The translations under genes and the position numbers were made by a program. Below the pieces are notes generated by a model. That model searched no databases, was not told the DNA's origin, and saw nothing but the letters and a program-made list of their open reading frames with translations. From Dehalococcoidia bacterium (lineage in GTDB: Bacteria > Chloroflexota > Dehalococcoidia > DSTF01 > JACRBR01): 64,000 nucleotides of DNA. Of the stretch, positions 20,165 to 28,803 are shown piece by piece (within the stretch, counting starts at the first letter, position 1; each line of letters begins with the position of its first letter). The stretch spans positions 62,001-126,000 of the forward strand of contig JBGQBE010000002.1 in assembly GCA_041494685.1 (NCBI GenBank), in the 5' to 3' direction.

Positions 20165-21340
20165 CTAGCCGCGCGGCAACCCCAGTCCGCGCTGCGCGAT
20201 CACCGTCCGCTGGATGTCGCTCGTACCGCCGGCGATCGTCGAGCCGACGCTGATGCGGTAGAGCCCGTCCATGCGGCCGCCGTCCAAGGCGCAGGCGGAG
20301 CCCTTGCGCAGCTGGCCGTACAGCCCCGCCACCTTGACGGCCGTGCGCGCGATGCGCTGCGCCAGCTCCGAGCCGTAGAGCTTCGTGATCGAGGCCTCCT
20401 GGTTCGGCACCAGCCCCTTCGCCTGCATCGTCGCGACGCGGTACGAGAGCACGATGGAGATCTCCGCCTCGATCGCGCGGTCCGCCAGCTCCATGCGCAC
20501 CGAGTGCTCCGCCCGGTCGTGGCGGCCGTGCGCCTTCGCGTACGCGGCGATCTCCTGCACGAGCCGCTGCAGGCTGACGCCGCTGATGATGCCCGAGCGC
20601 TCGAAGTCGAGCGTCGTCGTGGCCACGTACCAGCCGCGGTTCAGCTCGCCCAGCAGGTCCTTGCGCGGCACCCGTACGTTGTCGAAGAAGACCTCGTTGA
20701 AGCTGGGCGTGTCTGCCATGTTTGTCAGCGGACGGATCGATACCCCCGGCGACTTCATATCGAGCAGGAAGTAGCTGACGCCCTTGTGCTTCGGCGCGTC
20801 GGCGTCCGTACGCGCCAGCAACATCATGCGCTGCGCGCGGTGCGCTCCCGACGTCCAGATCTTCTGGCCGCTGATGATGAAGTCGTCGCCGTCCTGCACG
20901 GCGCGCGTCTGCAGCGACGCCAGGTCGGAGCCCGCTTCGGGCTCGCTGAAACCCTGGCACCAGAATGTCTCGCCGGAAAGGATGCCCGAGAGGTGCTCGC
21001 GCTTCTGCTTTTCCGTGCCGTGGACGATGATTGTCGGGCCGGCCAGGCCGATGGCGAGAAAGTTGGGGCGCGGTGCGCCCGCGCGCGCCACCTCCTCGTT
21101 GAAGACGAACTGCTGCATGGGCGAAAGCCCCGCGCCGCCGTACTCCTTCGGCCAGGCGGGCGCGACCCAGCCACGCTTCGCCAGCGTCTTGAGCCAGTCC
21201 AGGTCACGCGGGTTCTCTCCGACGCCAACGCCGAGGATCGCATCGTCGTCCGCGCGGAGATCAGCGGGAAGTTCGTTCTTCAGGAACTCCCGCACTTCCG
21301 CACGGAACGCCGCATCCTCGGGGCTGTCTCGAAATTCCAC
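20165..21340 (-). CDS. Acyl-CoA dehydrogenase (FadE26/ChsE4-like)
   Basis: GTG start VEFRDSPED; CQGFSEPEAGSDLASL, GQKIWTS, LDFERS, IAGGTSDIQR. Confidence 0.92.
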   Translation of the reverse strand: MEFRDSPEDAAFRAEVREFLKNELPADLRADDDAILGVGVGENPRDLDWLKTLAKRGWVAPAWPKEYGGAGLSPMQQFVFNEEVARAGAPRPNFLAIGLAGPTIIVHGTEKQKREHLSGILSGETFWCQGFSEPEAGSDLASLQTRAVQDGDDFIISGQKIWTSGAHRAQRMMLLARTDADAPKHKGVSYFLLDMKSPGVSIRPLTNMADTPSFNEVFFDNVRVPRKDLLGELNRGWYVATTTLDFERSGIISGVSLQRLVQEIAAYAKAHGRHDRAEHSVRMELADRAIEAEISIVLSYRVATMQAKGLVPNQEASITKLYGSELAQRIARTAVKVAGLYGQLRKGSACALDGGRMDGLYRISVGSTIAGGTSDIQRTVIAQRGLGLPRG

Positions 21341-21359
21341 TGTGTCCCCTATCCGCCGC

Positions 21360-22541
21360 TTACTGCCGCGGCAGGCCCAGCCCGCGCTGGGCGATGATAT
21401 TCCGCTGGATCTCCGACGTGCCGCCCGCGATCGCCATGCCGACGTTCGCCACGTACGACTTCGAGAAGCGGCCGCGGAGCTTGGCCCACGGCCCTTCGCC
21501 CCACAGTCCGCCGTACAACCCCATGATGCTGATGCCGACACGCGCCTGGTGCTGCACGTAGTCCGAGTTGAACACCTTCGTGATCGATGCCTCGTAGTTC
21601 GGCACAAGGCCGCGCGCCTGCATGCTCACGACCCGGTACGACAGCAACCGCAACATCTCCAGGTCGATCCACAGGTCGGCGATCGCGTGCCGGACCGACG
21701 GCTTGTCCCAGATGCGCCGCCCGGTGCCTGCTTCCCGCTCCGTCTTCGCAAAGCGCGTCAGGTCTTCGAGCGCGCGCTGCGACTGGCCGGAGTTGCCGAT
21801 CGACGAGCGCTCGAAGTCGAGCGTCGTCGTGGCGATGTACCAGCCGCGGTTGAGCTCGCCGAGCAGTCCTGACGGCGGGATGCGGACGTTGTCGAAGAAG
21901 ACCTCGTTGAACGCCTCGCCGCCCGCCATGTTGATCAACGGCCGCACGCTGATGCCCGGCGTCTTCATGTCCATCAGGAAGTAGCTGATGCCGCGGTGCT
22001 TCGGCGCGTCCGGGTCGGTCCGTGCGAGGACGAACATCCAGTCGGCGTAGTGCGCCTGGCTGGTCCAGATCTTCTGGCCGTTCAAGATGAAGTCGTCGCC
22101 GTCCTTCGTCGCGCGGGTCTGGAGCGATGCCAGGTCCGAGCCGGCGTTCGGCTCGCTGTAGCCCTGGCACCACACCACCTCACCCGAAGTGATGCCCGGC
22201 AAGTGCTGCTTCTTCTGCTCCTCGGTCCCGTACAGGATCACCGTCGGCCCGAGGTAGCCGACGGCCGCCGTGTTAATGATGGGCGCGCGCGCGTAGCTCA
22301 TCGCCTCGTTGAAGATCACCTGGTCCCACAGGCTCAGATCGAGCCCGCCAAACTGCTTCGGCCAGGCGGGCGCGATCCAGCGCTTCGGCGCCAGCTTCTT
22401 CAGGAACTCGCGGCCGAACTCGTGGCTATCTTCGTCGATGGCGTTGTCGGCGCCCTCCCAGTCCGCTGGCAACGCGTCCTTGAGGAAGGCGTTGACCTCC
22501 GCACGGAAGGCTTCCTGCTCCGGCGTGAACTTGAATCGCAT
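21360..22541 (-). CDS. Acyl-CoA dehydrogenase (FadE26/ChsE4-like)
   Basis: CQGYSEPNAGSDLASL, LDFERS, IAGGTSEIQRNIIAQRGLGLPR. Confidence 0.93.
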   Translation of the reverse strand: MRFKFTPEQEAFRAEVNAFLKDALPADWEGADNAIDEDSHEFGREFLKKLAPKRWIAPAWPKQFGGLDLSLWDQVIFNEAMSYARAPIINTAAVGYLGPTVILYGTEEQKKQHLPGITSGEVVWCQGYSEPNAGSDLASLQTRATKDGDDFILNGQKIWTSQAHYADWMFVLARTDPDAPKHRGISYFLMDMKTPGISVRPLINMAGGEAFNEVFFDNVRIPPSGLLGELNRGWYIATTTLDFERSSIGNSGQSQRALEDLTRFAKTEREAGTGRRIWDKPSVRHAIADLWIDLEMLRLLSYRVVSMQARGLVPNYEASITKVFNSDYVQHQARVGISIMGLYGGLWGEGPWAKLRGRFSKSYVANVGMAIAGGTSEIQRNIIAQRGLGLPRQ

Positions 22542-22573
22542 CGTTAGGCTCCTGCCTCCGGACCTCCGCGTGC

Positions 22574-23755
22574 CTAATCCCGCGGCAAGCCCAGGCCGCG
22601 CTGGGCGATGATGTTCCGCTGGATCTCCGACGTACCGCCTTCGATCGTGAACGCCGCCGAGCGGAGGAACGTCGCCAGCCAGCGGCCCTTCATCGGCGCA
22701 TTGTCACCGCGCAACTGACCGTACTGTCCCAGGATGTGCACCGCGCTGCGGGCGATGCGCTGGTTCAGCTCGGTGCTGAACAGCTTCAGCGACGACGCCT
22801 CGTAGTTCGGGATCAGGCCGCGCGCCTGCATGCTGGCCACGCGGTACGACAGCATCCGGGCCACCTCGGTCTCCACCATGCGGTCCGCCAGCTCGTAGCG
22901 CAGCAGCGGGTTCGTCCGCAGCGTGCTCGTCGGGTCGCTCTGGTGCTCCTTCGCGTAGGCGATGAGCTCCTCGACGTGCTGCTTCATGCCCGTCGCCGAG
23001 CCGATGCTGCTCCGCTCGAAGTCCAGCGTCGTCACGGCGGAGTACCAGCCGCGGTTCTCCTCGCCGATCACGTTGTCCTTCGGGATGCGGACGTTGTCGA
23101 AGAAGACTTCGTTGAATTCGTGGCTGTTGCCCAGGTTGTACAGCGGCCGCACTTCGACGCCCGGCGACTTCATGTCCAGGATGAAGTAGGTGATACCGCG
23201 GTGCTTCGGCGCGTCCGGGTCGGTCCGCGTGAGCAGGATCATGTAACGGGCCATGTGGGCCAGCGTGGTCCAGATCTTCTGGCCGTTCACGACGTAGTCG
23301 TCGCCGTCGCGGACGGCGCGCGTCTGCAGCGACGCCAGGTCGGATCCGGCCTCGGGTTCGCTGTAGCCCTGGCACCAGATGTCGTCACCCGCCAGCATGC
23401 CCGGCAGGTACTTCTGCTTCTGCTCTTCCGTGCCGTGGACGATGAGCGTCGGGCCGGCCATGCCGAGGCCGATGATCATGTGCATCGGGCGCGGCGCCTT
23501 GTTGAGCGCCATCTCCTCATTGAAGATGAACTGCTGCACGGTGCTCATGCTGGCGCCGCCGTACTCCTTCGGCCAGGCGGGGGCGATCCAGCCCTTCTTG
23601 CCCAGCTTGTGGAACCACGCCTGGTTCACCTGCCAGCCCTGGATCAGCGCTTCTTCGTTGCTCTGCCCGGGCGCCGGCTTCGGCGCCTCCGCGACGATGA
23701 AGTCACGCACTTCTTTGCGAAATACTGCTTCCTCTGGCGTGTCGTTGAAATCCAT
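22574..23755 (-). CDS. Acyl-CoA dehydrogenase (FadE26/ChsE4-like)
   Basis: Same motifs as its paralogs; TIEGGTSEIQR. Confidence 0.93.
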   Translation of the reverse strand: MDFNDTPEEAVFRKEVRDFIVAEAPKPAPGQSNEEALIQGWQVNQAWFHKLGKKGWIAPAWPKEYGGASMSTVQQFIFNEEMALNKAPRPMHMIIGLGMAGPTLIVHGTEEQKQKYLPGMLAGDDIWCQGYSEPEAGSDLASLQTRAVRDGDDYVVNGQKIWTTLAHMARYMILLTRTDPDAPKHRGITYFILDMKSPGVEVRPLYNLGNSHEFNEVFFDNVRIPKDNVIGEENRGWYSAVTTLDFERSSIGSATGMKQHVEELIAYAKEHQSDPTSTLRTNPLLRYELADRMVETEVARMLSYRVASMQARGLIPNYEASSLKLFSTELNQRIARSAVHILGQYGQLRGDNAPMKGRWLATFLRSAAFTIEGGTSEIQRNIIAQRGLGLPRD

Positions 23756-23805
23756 CGCTACTGGTCTCCTTGTCGCTAGTGGCTGGTGGCGGGTAGTTCA
23801 CCGCG

Positions 23806-23854
23806 CGCCAGTACTGGATCAGCTGTTCAACTGCGTTCCAAAAGTCCGATACTC
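23806..23854 (-). pseudogene. Decayed 3' remnant of a four-helix-bundle gene
   Basis: About 40 of 50 nt match 25098-25147 by manual alignment, including 16 identical nt cgccagtactggatca; heptamer arm adjacent at 23772-23796. Confidence 0.7.
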
Positions 23855-23860
23855 GGACGC

Positions 23861-25042
23861 CTAATCGCGCGGCAATCCCAACCCGCGCGTGGCGATGATG
23901 TTGCGCTGGATCTCGCTCGTGCCACCGGCGATCGTCGACGACAGCGACGTCAGGTACGAGCTCTCGTAGCGGCCGCGCATCGGCGCGTCCTCGCCGTAGA
24001 GCTGGCCGTAGAGGCCCAGCACCTTGACGCCCGTCCGCGCGATCCGCTGCGACAGCTCCGACGCGAAGAGCTTGGTCATCGATGCCTCGTGGTTCGGGAT
24101 CAACCCCTTCGCCTGCATCGTCACCACGCGGTACGACATCATCCGCGCCACGGTCGACTCCACGTACCGGTCCGCGAGCTCCGCCTTGATCGACGCCAGG
24201 TAGCCCGCCCGGCTGATCCCCGACGCCTGGTTCGCCCGCGCGTACTTCACCAACTCGTCCAGTTGCAAGCGGATGCCCACCGCGCTGCCGATGCTGCTGC
24301 GCTCGAAGTCCAGCGTCGTCGTCCCGACGTACCAGCCCCGGTTCAGTTCACCGACGATGTTCTTCGCCGGCACGCGTACGTCCGAGAAGAACACCTCGCT
24401 GAACATGTCCTGGTTCGCCAGATTCGTCAGCGGCCGCACTTCCACGCCCGGCGCCTTCATGTCCAGCAGGAAGTAGCTGATGCCCTTGTGCTTCGGCGCT
24501 TCCGGATCGGTGCGCGCCATCATGAACATCCAGTGCGCGTACTGCGCGCCGGAGGTCCAGATCTTCTGGCCATTGATCACGTAATCGTCACCGTCCTTGA
24601 CCGCGCGCGTCTGCAGCGACGCAAGGTCGGAGCCGGAGCCGGGCTCGCTGAAGCCCTGGCACCACTGCACCTCGCCGGAGAGGATGCGGCTCAGATGCTC
24701 CTTCTTCTGGTCCTCGGTGCCGTGGGTGATAATCGTGGGCCCTACCATCGACACGCCCATGCCGCCGACCGGTGGCACACGGTTCTCGGCGAACTCCTCG
24801 TTCATGATGAACTGCTGCATCACCGAGAGGCTGGCGCCGCCGTACTCCTTCGGCCATGCCGGGGCGATCCAGCCGCGCGACGCCAGCTTCTGCCGCACCT
24901 CCCGCAGGCGCTCGAAGGCGCCGCGGTACATGCCGCGCTCCATCATGTCGCCTTCCTTCGCGCTGGAAGGCAGGTCGTTCCTGATGAACTCCCGCACCTC
25001 GCCGCGAAAGACTGACTCTTCGGGGCTGTCCTTGAAATTCAT
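23861..25042 (-). CDS. Acyl-CoA dehydrogenase (FadE26/ChsE4-like)
   Basis: CQGFSEPGSGSDLASL, LDFERS, IAGGTSEIQR. Confidence 0.93.
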   Translation of the reverse strand: MNFKDSPEESVFRGEVREFIRNDLPSSAKEGDMMERGMYRGAFERLREVRQKLASRGWIAPAWPKEYGGASLSVMQQFIMNEEFAENRVPPVGGMGVSMVGPTIITHGTEDQKKEHLSRILSGEVQWCQGFSEPGSGSDLASLQTRAVKDGDDYVINGQKIWTSGAQYAHWMFMMARTDPEAPKHKGISYFLLDMKAPGVEVRPLTNLANQDMFSEVFFSDVRVPAKNIVGELNRGWYVGTTTLDFERSSIGSAVGIRLQLDELVKYARANQASGISRAGYLASIKAELADRYVESTVARMMSYRVVTMQAKGLIPNHEASMTKLFASELSQRIARTGVKVLGLYGQLYGEDAPMRGRYESSYLTSLSSTIAGGTSEIQRNIIATRGLGLPRD

Positions 25043-25052
25043 GTCTCGTCTC

Positions 25053-25516
25053 CTAGTGACTGGTGATTAGGAACTGGTGGCCTCATCGCTCCTCGACCGC
25101 CAGTACTGGATCAACCGCGTCAACTGCTTCCCGATGGTCTGATACTCCTCGACGAATTCGCGATATTCGCCGTCCGTCACGTAGTCCAGTTCCCGCGCTA
25201 TCTTCAAGTGCACTTCCATCTCGTTGGCGGATCCCACCGCGAGCGCGAGATAGCTGCAGAATTCCTTGGCGGAGCGACGCCGGGCATAGCCCTCGGCGAC
25301 GTTCGTCGGGACCTACTTGCACGCGCGGCGCATCTGGTTGGCAAGGTCATACTTCTCGTAGTCCGGGAACCGAAGCACGAGCCCGTGGATCGGCTTCTGC
25401 AACGCCAGGCCACGCCGAAACACTTCAAGATCCTCGTACCCCTTGTCCACGGCGGGCGCTCCTCCAGATCATTGCCCCGCTTCGCTCTCCCCCAGTCACC
25501 AATCACCAATCACCAG
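25053..25516. repeat. Inverted heptamer arms flanking the four-helix-bundle gene
   Basis: Left ctagtga ctggtga ttaggaa ctggtgg (25053-25080); right ccagtca ccaatca ccaatca ccag (25492-25516). Confidence 0.8.
25067..25450 (-). pseudogene. Four-helix-bundle protein (23S rRNA IVP/Avd-like family) with in-frame TAG at codon 46
   Basis: GGAGGAG RBS then GTG. Translation: MDKGYEDLEVFRRGLALQKPIHGLVLRFPDYEKYDLANQMRRACK*VPTNVAEGYARRRSAKEFCSYLALAVGSANEMEVHLKIARELDYV... TAG at 25313-25315 replaces the conserved Ser. Confidence 0.88.
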
Positions 25517-25528
25517 GCGATCATTAGG

Positions 25529-26746
25529 TTACGCCCTCGGCAGCCCGAGGCCGCGGCTGGCGATGATGTTGCGCTGGATCTCGCTCGTCCCTCCGCCGAC
25601 GGTGCTGGTCGTCGCGTACAGGTACGCGCTCTCGACGCGACCATTCGACTGCACGTGCGCGCTGCCGCGGCTCAGTTGCCCGTACAGACCCAGCGTGTGC
25701 ATCGCGGTCGCCGCGATGCGGATGTCCAGCTCGGAGCTGAACAGCTTCGCGATCGACGACTCCTTGTTGGGCACGAGGCCGCGGTTCTGCATGCTGATCA
25801 CCTGGTAGCTCAGCATCGCTTCCACTTCCGCCTCGATCGCGCGGTCCGCGATCTCGTTCCGGATCGCCTTGCTGCCGCTGACGAAGCCCGCGCCGCGGTT
25901 GTCGCGCACGAACTCCGCCAGATCGTGCACCATCAGCCCGTGCGACACGCTGGTGGCGATACCGCTGCGCTCGAAGTCAAGCGTCGTGGTGCCGACGTAC
26001 CAGCCGCGGTTCTCCTCGCCCAGCAGGTTCTCCTTCGGGACGCGTACGTTGTCGAAGAAGACCTCGTTGAAGTCGTGGTTGTTCGCCATGTTCACTAGCG
26101 GCCGGATCGTCATGCCCGGCGACTTCATATCGACGATGAAATAGCTGATGCCCTTGTGCTTCGGCGCGTCCGGATCGGTGCGCGCGAGCAGGATCATGTA
26201 CTGGGCGACGTGCGCGCCGGACGTCCAGATCTTCTGGCCGTTCACCACGTAGTCGTCGCCGTCCTTCGTCGCGCGCGTCTGCAGCGACGCCAGGTCGGAG
26301 CCCGCCCCCGGCTCGCTGAAGCCCTGGCACCACACCGAGTCGCCCTTCACGATCGACGGCAGGTATTTCTGTTTCTGCTCCTCCGTGCCGTAGAGGATGA
26401 TCGTGGGGCCGGCCCAGCCGGTACCAATGCCGTAGTTGCCGCCGCGCGGCGCGCCGGCGTTCGCCATCTCCTGGTTGAAGATGAACTGCTCCATAACGGT
26501 CATGCCGGCGCCGCCGTACTCCTGCGGCCACGCAGGGGCGATCCAACCGTGGTCCGAGAGCTTCTTGACCCAGGCGCCGTTGCGCTCGCGGTACTCGTCC
26601 GTCGACATGCGGATATCGTCCCAGCCGCCACCGCCGAACATCGCGCCGAAGCCGCGGCGGCGGATGCCGGGCGGGCATTCGTTCTCGATGAAGGCGCGCA
26701 CCTCGGTGCGGAACGCGGCCTCCGCCGGCGTGTCGTGGAAGTCCAT
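25529..26746 (-). CDS. Acyl-CoA dehydrogenase (FadE26/ChsE4-like)
   Basis: CQGFSEPGAGSDLASL, LDFERS, VGGGTSEIQR. Confidence 0.93.
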   Translation of the reverse strand: MDFHDTPAEAAFRTEVRAFIENECPPGIRRRGFGAMFGGGGWDDIRMSTDEYRERNGAWVKKLSDHGWIAPAWPQEYGGAGMTVMEQFIFNQEMANAGAPRGGNYGIGTGWAGPTIILYGTEEQKQKYLPSIVKGDSVWCQGFSEPGAGSDLASLQTRATKDGDDYVVNGQKIWTSGAHVAQYMILLARTDPDAPKHKGISYFIVDMKSPGMTIRPLVNMANNHDFNEVFFDNVRVPKENLLGEENRGWYVGTTTLDFERSGIATSVSHGLMVHDLAEFVRDNRGAGFVSGSKAIRNEIADRAIEAEVEAMLSYQVISMQNRGLVPNKESSIAKLFSSELDIRIAATAMHTLGLYGQLSRGSAHVQSNGRVESAYLYATTSTVGGGTSEIQRNIIASRGLGLPRA

Positions 26747-26827
26747 GCTCAGGCCTCTCGCTTGTCCGTCTGTTGGGCAGCCGGATGATCTTCCATGAGT
26801 CTCACGTTAACGTCAACTTCCACTATG

Positions 26828-27493
26828 CTACGACCCCGGCGCGCGCAGCGGCGCCGCCTCCGGGTTGATGTAGCGCACGTTCGCCGGGCCGGGGCGGCGC
26901 ACGGTCTCCAGGTAGATGCGCCCCCACAGGTCGGCGCGCGTGCGGTCGATCTCGTCCTTCACGCCGAGCATGTGCATCAGGTCCAGCGTCATGCCGATGC
27001 CCAGGAACTGCCACGCGATCAGCCGCGAATCGACGTCCTTACGCACGACGCCGCGCGCCTTGCCCTCCTCCAGCGTGTCCGTCACGAAGTCGACGAACGC
27101 CTCGAAGTTGTCACGCAGCGCTTCCTGGATGTCCGGGTCGTCCGCCTCGGACAGCGCGCGGAACTGGAGCTTCATGTTGGCGGAGTGCGATTCCAGATGG
27201 TCGTAGTAGTAGACGCCGATCGCCCACAGCGTCTCGATCGGATCCTCGTAGTCGACGGAGATATCCTCCCAGATCTTCAGGAGGCGCGGGCCCGTCGCGC
27301 GGATCGTGGCGACGAAGAGCTCTTTCTTGCCGGAGAAGTGACGGTAGAGGGCCGGCTCGGAGATGCCGGCGGCCTTCGCGAGGTCCGCCGTGCCGACGTG
27401 GGCGTAGCTCTGAGATGCGAAGACATCACGCGCGCTCTCGATGATGAGGCGCTTTCGCTTGTCGGCCGGGAGTCGACGTGCCCGTTGCTGCAT
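26828..27493 (-). CDS. TetR/AcrR-family regulator
   Basis: HTH DLAKAAGISEPALYRHFSGKKELF; AGGAG before ATG 27493. Confidence 0.92.
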   Translation of the reverse strand: MQQRARRLPADKRKRLIIESARDVFASQSYAHVGTADLAKAAGISEPALYRHFSGKKELFVATIRATGPRLLKIWEDISVDYEDPIETLWAIGVYYYDHLESHSANMKLQFRALSEADDPDIQEALRDNFEAFVDFVTDTLEEGKARGVVRKDVDSRLIAWQFLGIGMTLDLMHMLGVKDEIDRTRADLWGRIYLETVRRPGPANVRYINPEAAPLRAPGS

Positions 27494-27505
27494 GGCCGCT
27501 CCTGC

Positions 27506-27527
27506 GTAGTGAGTGAGCACTCACTAC
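27506..27527. promoter_or_regulatory. Putative TetR operator
   Basis: Perfect dyad GTAGTGAGTG-ag-CACTCACTAC about 12 nt upstream of the TetR start. Confidence 0.7.
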
Positions 27528-27626
27528 AGCGATCGCGATCCTAGCAGAGCTCTCCGGAAGCGTCAATCCCTCTTCTGATACGGGCCGTGTGGGGTCACGG
27601 CAACCGGCGCGGACGCCGCCGTTCGG

Positions 27627-28541
27627 CTATCCCGCGAAGTCGATCACACAGTGCACGGTCGTGCCATTGTCCGGCGTGAAGTAGCAGCCAACGCCGGCGC
27701 GGATGTAGACGGGGCTCAGGATCTCCTGGCGGTGCGTCGCGCTGTTCATCCACGCCTGCACCATCGCCTCCGGCGTCCAGCCCTCGTTGCCCCAGGCCAG
27801 CACCTCGCCGATCTGCACCGTGAACGGGAATCCGGCCGCCTCGACGCGGCTCACCAGCGTGCTGCCGTCAGGCCCCGTGTGCGAGAACCAGTTGTTGACG
27901 CCCAGCACCTGGGCGTAGTCACTCGACGAACGCTCCAGCCGCGCGTCGATCACCAGCGGCGCCAGCCCGAACTTCGCCCGCTGCATGTTGACCAGCTCCA
28001 GCACTCGCGCCTCATAGTTCGCGTCGGACCAGCCGCCCGGAGCCGCGGGCGGCGCGGCAGGCGCCGCAGACTTTGGGGCCGGGGGCGGCTCGGCCGGAGC
28101 GAGCGGCGGCTGCCCGGGCAGCTTGCCGGCCTTCGCCAGCGCGTCGGCCGCGATCAGGATCTCGAACAGCGTCGGCGTGGGTGCCGCTTGCGGCAGCTTG
28201 CCGGCCTTCGCCAGCGCGTCGGCTGCCTGCAGGATCTCGAACAACGTCGGCGTGGGTGCCGCTTGCGGCAGCTTGCCGGCTTTCGCCAGCGCGTCGGCTG
28301 CCTGCAGGATCTCGAACAGCGTCGGCGTGGACGATGCCTTCGGCGGCTCCGCCGCGAGAGCGGCCCCTTGATGCGGCTCGACGGTCTGCGTTTCGAGGGC
28401 AACGGGCGACGTGACGGCCTGCGCTGGCGGCGCGGCCGCGCCGCTGCGCGACTGCCAGAGCGAGAAGATCGTCACACCCGCGAGCGTGACACAGATGGCC
28501 ACGACGAAGGGCCAGCGTACGGCCAGGGTCCGTCGGTACAT
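27627..28541 (-). CDS. Membrane-anchored CAP/SCP-domain protein with internal repeats
   Basis: N-terminal TM; LVNMQRA, FSHTGPDGS, GEVLA, WMNSATHR. Confidence 0.88.
   Translation of the reverse strand: MYRRTLAVRWPFVVAICVTLAGVTIFSLWQSRSGAAAPPAQAVTSPVALETQTVEPHQGAALAAEPPKASSTPTLFEILQAADALAKAGKLPQAAPTPTLFEILQAADALAKAGKLPQAAPTPTLFEILIAADALAKAGKLPGQPPLAPAEPPPAPKSAAPAAPPAAPGGWSDANYEARVLELVNMQRAKFGLAPLVIDARLERSSSDYAQVLGVNNWFSHTGPDGSTLVSRVEAAGFPFTVQIGEVLAWGNEGWTPEAMVQAWMNSATHRQEILSPVYIRAGVGCYFTPDNGTTVHCVIDFAG
28117..28330 (-). repeat. 75-bp tandem repeat, about 2.8 copies
   Basis: Units start at 28117, 28192 and 28267 and encode TPTLFEILQAADALAKAGKLPQAAP. Confidence 0.95.
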
Positions 28542-28803
28542 CCGAGCGCTCCTTGCTCCGCCACCGCGCCGCGCGACTCGCGCGCCGTTGCGCCTGTGAT
28601 GATGCCCGTGAGCGCTTCGCCGCTGTGAGAGCGCAAACCCTCACGACCGCGAAGCTGGAGCGCCGAAAGGATCACGGTTTCACGCCTAATGGAACGCCCG
28701 TGGTTGGAGGCGAGCAGCGGGAGCAGCCCTTGTAAGGAGCCACCGGCGGTACGAAACTGTGGTGAACCCCGATTCGCACCGACCCGGACGAAAGGCGGTG
28801 GCC

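Noticed and set aside
25313..25315. Pyrrolysine or stop-codon reassignment
   Set aside because: TAG terminates many genes here and no pyl genes are seen; a point mutation from TCG is simpler
25067..25450. Diversity-generating retroelement suggested by the Avd-like gene
   Set aside because: No reverse transcriptase and no TR/VR pair with adenine-specific mismatches in the window
20165..26746. Recurring 30-40-nt near-identical DNA blocks
   Set aside because: They encode conserved ACAD motifs in paralogs; not CRISPR or mobile repeats
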